This document shows, piece by piece, positions 51,753 through 64,000 of a stretch of DNA of 64,000 nt. The notes under the pieces are model-generated. The model was not told the origin of the DNA, did not search any database, and saw nothing but the letters and a program-made list of their open reading frames with translations. Every line of letters begins with the position of its first letter. Position 1 is the first letter of the stretch. Source of the DNA: Camelus dromedarius (Eukaryota); NCBI RefSeq assembly GCF_036321535.1, contig NC_087437.1, positions 55,678,001 through 55,742,000 on the forward strand. Reading direction: 5' to 3'. A program made the translations under genes and the position numbers.

Positions 51753-53459
51753 AAGATTTCTCAACTTTCAAATTGCTTTGGAAACTTCTGTTTACAGCTA
51801 AAATAGGAAAGGGTAGGGCTAATTTAATTAAAAGAAATAATTCATAATATTACCCAAAGAGATGTCTTTTTTAGCTTCCCTCAATGTTTCCATTACCATT
51901 TTAGCTGAAGATGTGGATCATGTCTTAATTTATCTTGCTGCTTTGCCCAACTCTTGTCCCTGGCCTTACAAAAATATACTCGCTAAACATGAGTTAAAGG
52001 GCAGGACTTCTACTGCAATTTCTCTGCTTGGTTATTTCTGTCATTAAAATGGTCATTTCAGAGAGGGACGGGAGGTTGAGCTAGAGGAGAGTGAGGGAAG
52101 GAGGGGCGGGTTGACGGAGTTAGGGAAATTCCAGATGACACAGATTGCCAGATTTCCTGCTGGTCCTCTATTGCCAAACTCTGCCTCCTGCTCTTCTTAC
52201 ACAGCTGTGTGCTTCATTAAATAGTGATGTCTACAAATCACAGCAGTGTTAAAATGCAGAGCAGGGGGAATTCCTGTACACTGGATGCTGCCAAGTTCCT
52301 AGAGTTTTAACAGCACTTCAGACTGCCTCCCTCCCCTCCAAAAACTATAAATAAGTTCAATATCAAGAGTGTACTCATCAATGATAAGGCCTCTCTGTTC
52401 TCTTGGAGACCTGGAAACATTACGTAGACACATCAGTAAAGGTGCCCACATTTAAGGCAACCTAGTATGGACCTTATGTTGTCAGAGATAAGACTCTTGA
52501 CCTTGAGGTTGCTGTTTGTCTTCTAGTTGAGTCAGGGACCATTGCCTTATCATTTGAAACAGATTCTCCCATCCACGGTTTGGGTGTAGTGTTTTCCAGA
52601 AACCTGCCTTATGGGATTTTGTGCCAAGAACCCAGTTGCCACTGCTCAGAGGAGGGATAAAAGGGACATGGGTTTAAGTCAACACTGTACATTGAGAGGT
52701 TACTTGTGCAAGGCACTATGCTGCAGGAAGTCGAGGAGGACAGTGGAAGCAGGAAAAGGCTACTATACACTAAGAGGGCTAGTGCAAGGTAAGCTCTGAT
52801 GAGTGGTATCCTAGAGATTTTAAAGAGACACAATGGGCATATTCGGGGAGAAATGCAAATTTCACCTGCATGGATTGGATAAGTTTCCAGGGAGAGGTAA
52901 CACTGGCTCCATCCAGGCTTTGAAAGATAAAGATGGAGGTACTTCCAAAGGAGAAAAACAAAAATGTACACAAAGGTACAGAGAATGGAATTCAGTTGAT
53001 TATGAGAATCACGTGTTGCCTTGTGTCTAAGTGGCAGCATTATAACTGCATTGCAATACACACAGGACTGTTGGTCTGGTGATGACAACAAATCACGTGG
53101 TGGCCTCATGCAGGCATATTGTCTCCAGTCAGGCCCACTTATATCTTAGCTTACGTCAGCTGAATTCTTACATTGATGTTATGTGCCTCGCACATGGGGA
53201 TATTTGAATTTGTGACCCCTGGGGCTTGAATAAAGAATACGAGAGAGAGAGGTGGTTCAATGGAGCTTCAGTAATAGGAGGTTATTGCTGTGGCTGTTGG
53301 TGGATGGACAGAGGAAGAGAAGGAGTATGAAGGATCAAAGTGGAGAGGGTCTGGAGGCCCCTGGAAGAAAAGTAGTAGCTAGCCGGTAGGAAGAACTTAA
53401 GTCTACCCTTCTCTAGCGAGTTCAGTACCCCAACCAGACAAGGAAAACAGAACAATCCA

Positions 53460-54285
53460 AGGTAATTGTATTTACTGAGTACATACTTGCCCCAACACTA
53501 TAATAAGCACAGTGGTGGATATGGAGATACAATAATACACTGCCCCTGTCTTCAACTACAAGGAGCAGAGATACGTAAGCAACTATTGCACAAGACAGAA
53601 TTCATTAAGAGCTAGCAGTTTGCCATGGAAGTATGGAGGAAGACAGATTTATTTTGACTACAGAAGGACAAGAAACATTGCCGAAGAATGATATTTGAGG
53701 TGAGATGTAAAGATTTGCTAGGTTGTTGATTAGTAAGCAAATGGGGGAAAGTATTTTTGATTGAAAGAAAGAGTAAGCAAAGAGACAGGCTATAAAATGC
53801 AAGGGCTGTTTCAGAAATTAAGACTAGGACATGAATTATACTTTGTTATGAGATGAGATGAGAGTCAGATTTTCAAGCATCTTAAAGCCATTCCACTGAG
53901 TTTGGACTTCCATTGATCAGGGGCCATTGAAGATATCTGAGATGGGACGTGACACAGTCAGGTCTTTGTATAAACTCGGGGGTGCTGGGGTGCTGTTATT
54001 GCCACATCTTATATCTCCAAGTAAGAGCTGGGCTTGTCTGAGAATTTCCCAGACCACCACAGCATAGGGAGATAGGTCAGGATTGGAATGACTGATTACT
54101 TGGCTTGAGGGTCAGATATATATCGAGATGCACAAATCTAGCTGTTAATATAGATTTGATGTCTGCTCCCTATCCAACCACCCCTGCTTCTGTGGGCTCT
54201 CATAGCATTTGATTTATTCTCTTCTATTTCTGGCTCTTAACATACTGCCTGGTAATAGGTACTCAGTAAATGTTTGCTGAATGAA
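53460..54285. mobile_element. L2 fragments (about 53460-53970 on -, 54180-54285 on +) around a MIR
   Basis: Motifs tatttactgagtacatact, gagtttggactt...gggccattgaaga and gcctggtaataggtactcagtaaatgtttgctgaatgaa. Confidence 0.7.
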
Positions 54286-55101
54286 CAAACTACTAACTTG
54301 TTTTAACAAGTGAGGAAGAACCTGGTTATCAGAGCTTGAGTAAACAATCTGTACACGAGCATCTGGTTTTGAGGAGAACAGAAGACGAGCCTTTGGTTCT
54401 TCTCCTTTTGGCCTTGAGTACTTAGATAAATCACTCATTTCCCGGGGTGAGTCTCCTTCATTGGAAACAAGTTGATTGTATCCAAAATAACCAGGGAACA
54501 TTCTTACTGTGCTTTACCCTCAGTGACTGATCCAGTTACAGCTTCCGAAAGTCAAGCTCCACATCTCCCTGATTTGTTTCCCTTTTGAAAGGATCAGAGT
54601 TTGAAGGCTATCATAAAATGACTCAATATATTTTTTAGAATGCTCTTACAAATACCAAGTTTGAACAGTTAGAAATTACAATTTCATAGCTAGACCTAGT
54701 TGTCTGAGGCAACTATTAAATTCCTAATGTTATATTGGGCATATATTACCTGGAAAAATTGTATACCCTCTTTCCTAATTGCAATTGATGCTTTCATAAC
54801 ATTTGCATATTATGTTAATAAATAATTCAATAATAATATTAGAAGTGCAAATCAATTTCTAAGTCTTTTAAGAAATATTACAGAAAACAAATCTGGAAAT
54901 ATTTGATCAAGTGAAAAGTTTTTGTCCACTATGGAAAGAGCAGTTACAGCCTAGGCTTCATTCTAGATAAAGTATGTTTTTAATAGTTCCCATTTTTGCT
55001 TAGCACATCTGAAAAAGCAACTTGGGTAAAGTTGGGTTTCCAACTCTCTATGTTATAATGTTGTTACCTGCAGGCACATTAAAAATACCACTTAAATGGA
55101 A

Positions 55102-55117
55102 GTGTGTGTGTGTGTAT

Positions 55118-55154
<37 letters not shown>
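55102..55154. repeat. Compound (TG)n(AG)n(ACAG)n microsatellite
   Basis: Directly visible in the sequence. Confidence 0.95.
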
Positions 55155-55155
<1 letters not shown>

Positions 55156-55849
55156 TGACTTCATAAGTTGGAATATGGAAAAGCTGCTAAAAAATTTGTA
55201 AGTGTTCTCCCTTCAAGTTTTAGTCTCCTCTTTTCCCTGCTGTGTCGTTGTGAAAGGTGGCCATGTTCCCAGTGTTCTCTCCCAAACCTGGTGCTCTGCT
55301 TGTCCTGAAAGTTTGCAGAGACACATGCAAAGACTCAGCTCTGGTCCCTTCAAATACTGTAGGCTTTTTGCTCAAGCCCCAGAATATACCAGAGAAGAAT
55401 GCATCATTCAAAGATAGGCACAGAAAAAAAAAAAGAAATCTTGCTTTGTCAGAGGTTTGATAAGGTTTGCATTTATAATCAAGTGCTGGAGATTCTGTAC
55501 ACGTTAGTGCTGGTCGAGTGACTTCTCTTGTGTCTCAGAGACCTCAATTTTGAGATTTCTCTCTCTCCTTGGGATGTACCACCGTCTTTGACAGATTCCC
55601 CTTGGTTGGGGATCCTCCTTGTATCTTTCCAAAGTACTCTCAGAAATGAGAGGCCACTTCATAGAAGCATGAGAGAAAAGGGTAAATCAATGTCAAAGAT
55701 TCATTCAGCATGCTTCTCAGAATCAACAAATCAACTTTACACACAGCCACACACCCTCCTAAATTTATATAAAAGCATTTTTTTGAAAGTGCTGTCTAAA
55801 AACCAAAACCAAAAAGAAAAAAAAAATCCAAGAAAGATTGTTTGGCGTG

Positions 55850-56315
55850 TGTTCACCAAACTGTTCTGTATTCCTTTGGGGCACAGTTGAATGTGTGTTC
55901 CAGCTTTTCCTAAAGTTAGATGTGACCGAGTGACTTGGTTCTACCAGTGCAACAGGGGCGGGGGTGCCGCATGTTACTTCTGCACTTTCTAAGGTGACCG
56001 GAAGATGCTGAGCTTGCTCTCTCCTCTCCCCTCCCCTCCCCTTCCTTCCCCTCCCCTCCCCTTCCCTCCCCTCCCCTCCTCTCTTCACTTCTAGGCTGGT
56101 TAGGGAGAACCCAGAGGGAGTATTTGAGCCCTAGAGGATAGCCTGGCTACTAGATGGAAGAATGCTAGATCTCTGTCTAGAGCTGGCAGGAAAGCTGCAC
56201 AAGAGAGTTTCCTGGAAGAAAATACCCTCCTAAGACTGTGTAGTGAGAAAGTTTGATTGCAGCATTTGTTGTGAGATTATGGCATTTATTTTTCACTGTA
56301 GTTAGTTTTTACCTT
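55850..56315 (+). mobile_element. Old MaLR LTR (MLT1H/I/J-like) containing a (CCCCT/CCCTT)n tract
   Basis: Motifs gttagatgtgaccgagtgacttggttct, atgttacttct, actagatggaagaa and gactgtgtagtgagaaa. Confidence 0.6.
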
Positions 56316-59034
56316 AGAACAAAGACCATGTAGGGAACATTCTGGTCAGCTAAAAGATGAAGTTCTCAGGGAGGTTACCTTTGGTCTCTCTGTGAATGTG
56401 CTACTTTTGTTCTTCTGGGGAATAGGCCTTAATTGATACAAAGACCTGCTATGTATGTACATGTCAGCAAAAGAGGATTATAATTTCCTCCTGCCATTGA
56501 TGGCAAATGATTCTACACCCTTAATAAGTCCACAAGGACCGAGTCTGACACCATCCCTGTGGTGGTTTGGGGTCCAGCCACCACTGTCTATAAATCTGGT
56601 GCTAAAAATTAGAGCAGTTAGCCATGTGAAGAATTTGGGTTCTGTACCTAAACCACAATTAGCCTTAATGGGGGATAGCAAAGATTTATCACTGTACAAA
56701 TTTCTGTGCAGTGATTGGGTTTGTTTGTTTTTCTTTTGTTAAAAAAATCAAGAGACCATAAAATTGTCTGAGAAATAACTCTGTGTCTCTGTGAACACTG
56801 AGGCTCCCGGGAACTGAACCGTGCTTCTCAGTATAACCCCTGTGACTCATCACTCTCCGGAGGGTGAGGATTTAACGTTAGACCACAGTTTAGATCAGGG
56901 ATAACCATCACCTACCTTTTATTGAGGACCTGCCAGTACCCTGCTAGACGTTTTACTCTGACAGCAATATAACACATTAGGTATCTGTATCCCTGTTCTC
57001 CAAATGAGGAAACTGAGGTTTAGAAAGCTTAAGTAACTTGCTCAAGGTCAACCATCTGTAGTGTGCTGAAATCAGGATTCTAAAATTCTTGTTCCTGATC
57101 AGGGCTCCAGTGTCCTGTTACGGACCTATGGACCTTTAGATTCTTTATCATTAATTGTATTGGATACCTCCCTTTTATGTATAATGCTCCTTTTCGTGAA
57201 TATATTTTTATTCCCTCTTTTCTTGCCTGAGGTCAAACCCCAAGGAATATTTGTTCATGGCCATTTTGTTATAATGAGTTTACATTATAAAGGATTTCTC
57301 AGCTTCTCAGTCACTGCATTTTGAATACATTATGAAAACACTGTTATCATTTGCACATTTTCTGTTCTCCTTTACTTATTTGAATTTTGAAAGATCATAG
57401 AAATGTTAACTCCTGATAACTTCCCCTTTTAAGAGATGGAATTTACCACTCTTTTTCACTCAATACCTACCTACACAGGAATGGTCTCATTAGAAAAGGA
57501 ACTTTTTGGCTTTCACTAAATACAGTGGATGCAAGAAATCTATAGCTCTTCTTGTGACCAGACTGAGTAATTTTATGATAGCCTGGATTTTGCAGATAAA
57601 CCTTTGAAAATGTCCCAAAATAAAGTAACAGTTATGTCATTCACATTTTTTTCCCATTGTGGCACTAATCTATTTTTCTGAAATTTTTCTTCAGTCCCTC
57701 TATCTACCATTCCACTTATCTCCTCTGAGAAAATGTCAGATCCCCAAGTATCATCAGATCTAATTCACAACATGGATTGCAGTAACTCCCTGAAACATAA
57801 TTGTACACAAGTACAAACTAAACAAACGTGGACACAAACACAGTGTTTTCTGCCCTAAAGCTGCTCCCATGTTCAGGCATCTCTGAAATTAAATAGTTAC
57901 TGCAACTATTTGATAACCTTCTTAACACAAAAAATACGTAGTATTATTTGGATCGATTATGGAGATTATCATAATAAATAATAGACTAAATACCACCTTT
58001 CCCAGGGGACAAATTCTGTATTCATCTGAGACAGGGTGCCATGTAATACCTCTGACAAAGGTAATAACTTTGAAGAATAAATCGTTTTTTGATAACAAGA
58101 TGTAAGGAACACAACTACAGATAGCAGTTGACTGCTCCCAGAAGGATCTGGATGGGAAGGGAAGTGAAAACAGATATACCATTTTCTATAGCTTTTTAAA
58201 TACACATGTGCTGAATTTAAGTTTTTCTAAGCTCAATACACTAGTAACATGGCCTCACAAGCCTGCAGGTCACAGGGAATATCTGAAATCAGGGTCACAA
58301 ATATCCCGGTTAAACAAGGTTGGTCTCATTAATCAAAAGTAATCCTGCATGTCCAATTCCTAAGCTGTTTATTGCATCCATAAAATCTGGGAATTAGGCC
58401 TGAGGATATCTACTCTGCACTGGATCAGCCCCTTGCTTTACAGCAGTTTTCTTTTTTCTTTTTTTTTTTTTTTTTGTTAGCCTAAAATTGGCTAACAGAT
58501 TGGATCCAGCCTCCAAAAGTCAATCTCTATAGCTTAGAAAGGGAAGACAGAGAGTTAGCAGCAAAAGGGAACACATTATATGCAAGGGATAGAATTAAAG
58601 AATGTGTTAATGTGGAATAGGAGAACGCTGTTTGTGATCTGCTGTTGCCCTGGGCTCCAGGAAGCTGACATCAAAAATTGTTAAAGGCAGATAACAACAC
58701 AGGGAATCATCTGATGGGCGGGAATGCATGTTGGAAACACAGGAAGTGCTATCTGTAACAGAATAAACTACAAGGATCTGTCTTAAACATCTACTAGAAA
58801 TGAATAAACTTCAAAAACATTGATTTCCAAGCATCTGGATGAGCTTTCCAGGAACAACCTGGCAGTGGCCAGAGAGCCAAGACTGAAGAAAAGGACACAA
58901 ACTCCAGGAATGGGAGTGATCTTATGTTTATTTTAGAATAAAATGTTTACAGGGAAAAATAAACCTGAGAATACTGAGTCAATAACATTAAACAGGCTAA
59001 GAACGAAGACCCTTGCCTTATCATTGAGAAATCT

Positions 59035-59283
59035 TGCAGATACTAACTACAATATATAAAACAGATGAAAAGCAAGGTCCTACTGCATAGCACAGGGAAC
59101 TATATCAAATACCTTGTGAAAGCCTTTAATGAAAAAGAATATGGAAAGGAATATATATATTATATTATATATATATAATATATATATATAACTAAATGAC
59201 TATGCTGTACACCAGAAACCAATACAACATTGTAAACTGATTACAGTTTAATTTAAAAAAATTAAAAGCAAAAAAAAAAAAAT
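59035..59283 (+). mobile_element. Camelid-type L1 3' end
   Basis: caaggtcctactgcatagcacagggaactatat...tatgctgtacaccagaaac..caacattgtaaactga followed by poly-A. Confidence 0.9.
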
Positions 59284-59770
59284 CAATGGTGACTAGAGAA
59301 GATAACCATATAGCTAAAGAAACATAACATTTTGAATGTAGCCAACTAATAGCGATTTGGTTTTCCATGGGAACAGAGAAACTATGAACGTGAGACTGAA
59401 TGTGGAAATACTTCTGAAATTTACTTTGAATCACTTACATTAAAAAAAAAAGATACCTTTGGAGAGGGATATATTTAACATAAATAGGAATATAGAGAGG
59501 ATTTAGATGAACGAATACCTTTTACGGAAGTGTTCTAACGTGAGCAACTTGGATGTCTCTCAGCCACAGACACGATGGAGTGAGGAAGGGAAGATCTCTC
59601 CATTGCCAGAATGGAAGAGGATGGTCAGGAGAAGATATGGCAAAGACAGAATCTATAGACACAAGAGGGAGAGACCAGTGCGTAGAAAGCAGCGTTTAGA
59701 ATTGGTTTGGTGGCACGGAGGGGACTTCTTCCTAGGGAAGTCACGCTACTCCTGGTAATCGCAACTTTCT

Positions 59771-60005
59771 AAAAAAAATGTATTGACGTGAAGTTAATTT
59801 ACAATGTTAGCTTCAGGTGCACAGCAAAGTGATTCAGTTATACATATACATACATATCTATTTTCTTTTGAGATTCTTTTCCATTATAGATTATTACAAG
59901 AAATTGAATATAGTGCCCTGTGCTGTACAGTAGGCCCTTATCTATTTTATATATATAGTAGTGTGTCTATTAATCCCCAACCCCTAGTGTATCTCTCCCT
60001 GCCCT
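59771..60005 (-). mobile_element. Camelid-type L1 3' end
   Basis: tttacaatgttag.ttcaggtgcacagcaaagtgattcagttatacatatac...ttgaatatagtgccctgtgctgtacagtagg. Confidence 0.9.
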
Positions 60006-60311
60006 TTCTCTTATACATGTTTGTACGTCATCTAATTTAAAGCTAATATGTAGCCTTTGGAAGGGGAGATTAGCTTGTTCTGAGCTCTGCGCTTCCCATC
60101 TGTTGGTGCGCCTCCCTCAGGCCCGTCTGTTCTCCCTTGATTATGTGCCTAAACTTCACACTTTCTCACAGCTAATTTATCAGAAGTCTTGCTATATTCC
60201 CAGATCATTTTTATACACGTTCCACCTAACTGACGCATTTACCCAGTCTCTCCTTTATAATTTGAAATATTCACGATTATGCAGTTAAAATTTCATTTCT
60301 TTTCTTAAGGT

Positions 60312-60509
60312 CAGGGTCAGCAAACTTTTCTTGTGAAAGTTCAGACAGTAAAGGTCTCCAGCTTTGCAGGTTATATACCTCCTGTCATAACTTCTCAGCT
60401 CAGCCTCTGTAGCGTGACAGCTTCCGTAGACTGTACCAAAGCAGGGTCAAACTGGGTTTACAGAAACAGGTAACAGGAGTTTTTCTGGAGAGTACCTTGT
60501 AGACTCCTG
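60312..60509. mobile_element. MER58A-like hAT MITE
   Basis: cagggtcagcaaacttttc...cagacagtaaa...gctttgcagg...ctcagctc..ctgtagcgtga...tttacagaaacagg...actcctg. Confidence 0.8.
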
Positions 60510-62374
60510 CTGTAGATAAGAGTCTTCCATTTTTCTTGAGAAAAAATTTCTTTTGCGAGTCTTCTTCTATGAAATTATGGCCTCTCCTTTTCTTACTACT
60601 TTTGAAATATTTTCTGAAATGTAAATCTCTTTAATATGATCAGTTTTCATATACCTTTGAGTCTATGACCAGCCTGGGTTTGCTCTCTAAGTCGGATGGC
60701 ATTTAAGCAGCACAGATCAGATAGGATTTAAAAGCATTGTGTTCATTTAATTTCAGTTTCAGTTTTTAAAATTCTCATTTAGTCTTTGTCTCTGGAAGGA
60801 TCTTAAAAGAGACCCAATCCACAGCCTTGCATGACAAGTTCCTTTTTTCTTTACTCTTTCCCCTTGTTTCCACACACGTTACACTCTATTAATCTCTCCT
60901 CCACCAAACCCTGTCCCAAATCCCCCCACCCTAGCTAGCTCAGCCCACAGAGTTTTCATTTTGACCCTGTCGCCTCTGACTCAGAGCACTATTTTGCAGG
61001 CTGACTAACCCACCCTTGCTAAATTGGCCGGTTCTCCCCTTTTTCCCCTTCCTCCATTTCCAAACTCGGAAGTCAAGGAACCAGGGCAAAGGAGAGCAGT
61101 CTAGGTCAAAACCCATGAACATTCTTGATTTGATTTTATTTTTTTTACCCTGTCAAACATTACCTTTATAATTTTCATCAGCATTACTAGCTTCAGTGTA
61201 TTTCAATTACTTGTAAAACACAGACACACCCTACCTAGAATGAAGATCATTGGAAGTGGCCTTAGGTGCCATTCTACCTTCAACTCCTTTAGACAGTGGT
61301 CTCTTCGTTAACGGACCGGAAGCTGGCAGGGAGGGGAAATGGGGATACCCCTGGCAAACACGTCTCTGCTCCACAGTCATCAGCCAGCACCTCCTAATAG
61401 AGCTGACTATCTCACACTAAGACAAAGCAGGCAAAAAAAAAAAAGCTCCCAGAGCCCATACTGCTGCCACTCTGTTACCACCTTCTGAGCATCATTGGAC
61501 AGCTTGGTGCGGGGCAGGGTAAGAGAAGAGATTCTGTCCATAAACCAGGTTGGTCTCTCCGAGCCACCTTCAAAGAGGCAGGCTGCCTGCAGGAGGTGGG
61601 AGGCCCAGAGATAAAGAAGGCAATTGCTGTCAGAGGGGGCTGCTCTCAGAGGGCATTGAGAGGGAAGAGCTTTGTGGCGATTCAGAGGTCTGAGTTGAAG
61701 TCTGGGCAGCAGTCGTTGTCGGTATAGGTAGGGAATTTGAAGAAAGAAATCTTTGCAGCCCTGGTATTGGCTTGCAATGGGCAGTCTTCACCGGGGCTGA
61801 GGAATAGGTTTCCAGAGATGCATTGTCTGGTGTCAGCTGAATGCCGAAAAACTGGAGCTGGTTGTGTAACAGCTGAAGAACAATAGGTTTGGGGGCCTTA
61901 AAATAGTAGAATAATAAAATGGGAAAGAAGCTTAAGGAAGGAAGCTTAGTGATTATCTAGTAATCCTATAACCTTCTTTTACATAGAGGGGAAAATAAAG
62001 CCTCGAGAGGAAAAGGGGTTCCCCCCAGAGTTACCCAGCCAGTTAATCCACGGAGAAAAAGAATGTGCATCTTACCTTGAAGGGCTTTTTCCTCTGGATT
62101 GCTCTTCACAATGAGAAATATTCACTTGGTGTGGGATACAGTAGGAGCCTGGGGTTCTTCTGCGAAGGTGGGTACCAGGAAAGCTGAGTGATGCATCCTG
62201 CTTTAGAGGTTCAGCTAGAACTCCGGTTCCTAAAAAGGTTTCTCCAAACTTCCTTGTTTGCTTCACACGCCCGGACTTCCCTCCCTGGGAGTCCGGCTTA
62301 GCCAGCAGCCCAGGTGATTTTCATTTGCTTGTTTTCCCCACTCGAGAATCGAGATTCACCGGAGATAGATGCCA

Positions 62375-62550
62375 GTGGTTCCTTAACCATGCCTCACGTG
62401 AGCAACTCTCATGGAACTTCTGACTTTTTAAATAATACTCCTGCCCAGATTCCACTCCTCAAAACACCGGTTTAATTGGTTTGTCGTAGTGCCCCTCGAT
62501 TGGTATTTTAAGCATCTCATGTCTTCTAATGTGTAATCAGGTTGGAGAAA
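62375..62550. mobile_element. MER5-family MITE
   Basis: cagtggttccttaacc...tttaattggt...ttggtatttta...ttctaatgtgtaatcaggttggagaa. Confidence 0.65.
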
Positions 62551-63029
62551 ATGCAAGACTGAAAGAAGCCTGACAGTCTAGGCCTGGGATGGATGAGAGA
62601 ACACAGGTGGAGAGGGAGGAGGGCAGTTTGGAGGGATATTACTGAGGGTGAATTGGGCCAGAAGAGAGCCAATGCTTGAGAGGAGAGGAAGAAAGGAGGG
62701 GCAACAGCTGGGAGGCCTATTTGGGTGAGTAATGAGGTTCAAGTAGACTCAGGTGGAAGCCCTCTGGAAGCCTGATTAAACCAAGATGTCAGGGCTTAGA
62801 AGGAAACTGTGAAGACACATCTACCAGCTCTGGGCTGAAGTACACTTGGTTTCCTCAGCAAGAAGAAACAACAAAGGACAGACAACTCAGGAGGAAGTTT
62901 TTTGAATTGGTAGGTAAAGAAAAGGTAATAAGGGGGCATTTCTAGACGCCAGCGCGTTTTACTGCCAGCCATCCTAACGCCTTGGTCCATCAGATAACAA
63001 GGTCAAAAGACTCCTGTGAAATGAATAAT

Positions 63030-63950
63030 AGAATCGTGGGACCAGAGGGCCTTAGGGATTATCGGAGTCAGCCCACTCACTGCACGGAGGGGGACTCGGT
63101 TGCGAGAGAAGGGCAGGGACTTGCCCAAGCTCACCTGTCAGGCCGGGCTCTGGCCTCCGTCCGTCCTGGGAGAGTCGGCACGGCAGACCAGGTAACAGCA
63201 CAGCCGCTGAGTTTGCCGCCCTCACTTACTGAGCGGGCACCTTTGGAGAAGTTACTTAAGCTCTCTGTGCCTCGGTTTCCTCATCTATAAAATGAGGATA
63301 ATGATAGTCTAACTTTCTCATGGGTTGTTGGGTGGGTAAAAAGAACTGATATCCATAAAGCATGTAGAACAAGGCCGAGCCAGCGTGTGGTATGTGTTCT
63401 GTGACAGTAACTGTAACTATCACACCATTCTGTTTCACTCGAGTAATAAAACAGATGTATTAGCGAGCAAGACTGTGATAATACCTTGCCTACTTAAGGA
63501 TAAATATCTGGAGAAAATGCAGATTTATCAAGGTGCTCTGTGATTGATAAAAAGCTCCAAAGGAATGAGATTTTAGGTGAGTCCCAAATCCGTGTGTTTT
63601 CATATGCAGTTTTGTCAAAGTGTGGATTCCTGGGCCTCACTCCAGAGCATCTGAAACAGAATCTCCTGGAGGTAGGGACAGAGACTCTGTATTTCCCGAT
63701 TGTGGGCCAGGTGATTCTGTTGAACTTTAAAGTGTGACACCTACTGCCCCTTGCTGGGCAAGTGGAATAACCTTCTGTGGCCAGGATCCAAGGCCTTCCC
63801 TCTCCGTGACAGGTAGATTCTATCCTCTTCTCACTGTGACAGAAATGGAAATGGAGACTCAGAAAGGATGAATAACTTGCCTAAAGTAACTAACTTGGTG
63901 AATAACAGACCAGAGACTCTGAAGCCAAATCCTTAAGACCTCAGAGTGAA
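63030..63950. mobile_element. MIRs (about 63030-63170, 63180-63400, 63810-63950) and a MER5-like MITE (about 63600-63745)
   Basis: Motifs gacttgcccaag, ctctctgtgcctcggtttcctcatctataaaatgaggataat and gattcctgggcctcactccag...ccaggtgattct. Confidence 0.8.
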
Positions 63951-64000
63951 CATCCTCCAGGTTACCATGTGATCTTGAGGAAGTAAATTACCATTAGGCT

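Larger units (their letters stand above)
4146..64000 (+). other. TP63: TP63 intron 1 (continues beyond the window)
   Basis: GTGAGT donor at 4146. No exon-2 sequence ([21 protein letters not shown]) was seen. Human intron 1 is known to be very long (about 100 kb). Confidence 0.88.

Noticed and set aside
52609..53109. Longest ORF in the track (166 aa, minus strand)
   Set aside because: No recognisable domain or exon structure; the length is plausible by chance in 64 kb.
62271..62296. GC-rich hairpin CCGGACT...AGTCCGG
   Set aside because: Too short for a pre-miRNA and has no snoRNA boxes or other support.
1..64000. CRISPR arrays, rRNA genes, operons or an intact autonomous transposon
   Set aside because: No regularly spaced repeat-spacer array or rRNA-like sequence was seen, and all transposon coding remnants are disrupted.

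Overview
Mammalian genomic DNA, most likely a camelid, judged by two tRNA-derived Vic-1-like SINEs and several camelid/cetartiodactyl-type L1 3' ends. The window holds the distal (TA) promoter and first coding exon of TP63 on the + strand (CDS 4084-4145, [21 protein letters not shown], the TA*p63 N-terminal extension). About 60 kb of intron 1 follows, and exon 2 is not reached. The intron is a mosaic of L1, L2, MIR, MaLR/ERV LTRs, hAT/Tigger MITEs and microsatellites, with some repeat-poor, motif-rich blocks. No ORF in the supplied track looks like a real gene. I see no convincing new multi-gene system. The best leads are regulatory: (i) a hairpin plus an out-of-frame uORF overlapping the TA* start codon; (ii) a candidate phase-compatible upstream first exon (MPS...); (iii) an intact sense-oriented ERV1-type solo LTR with CCAAT, TATA-like, polyA and splice-donor motifs, reminiscent of the hominid LTR-driven GTAp63; (iv) paired NF-kB sites in the intron; (v) inverted young repeats that could form dsRNA. 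Repeat family names and human comparisons are from memory, not from searches. Most repeat boundaries are approximate.
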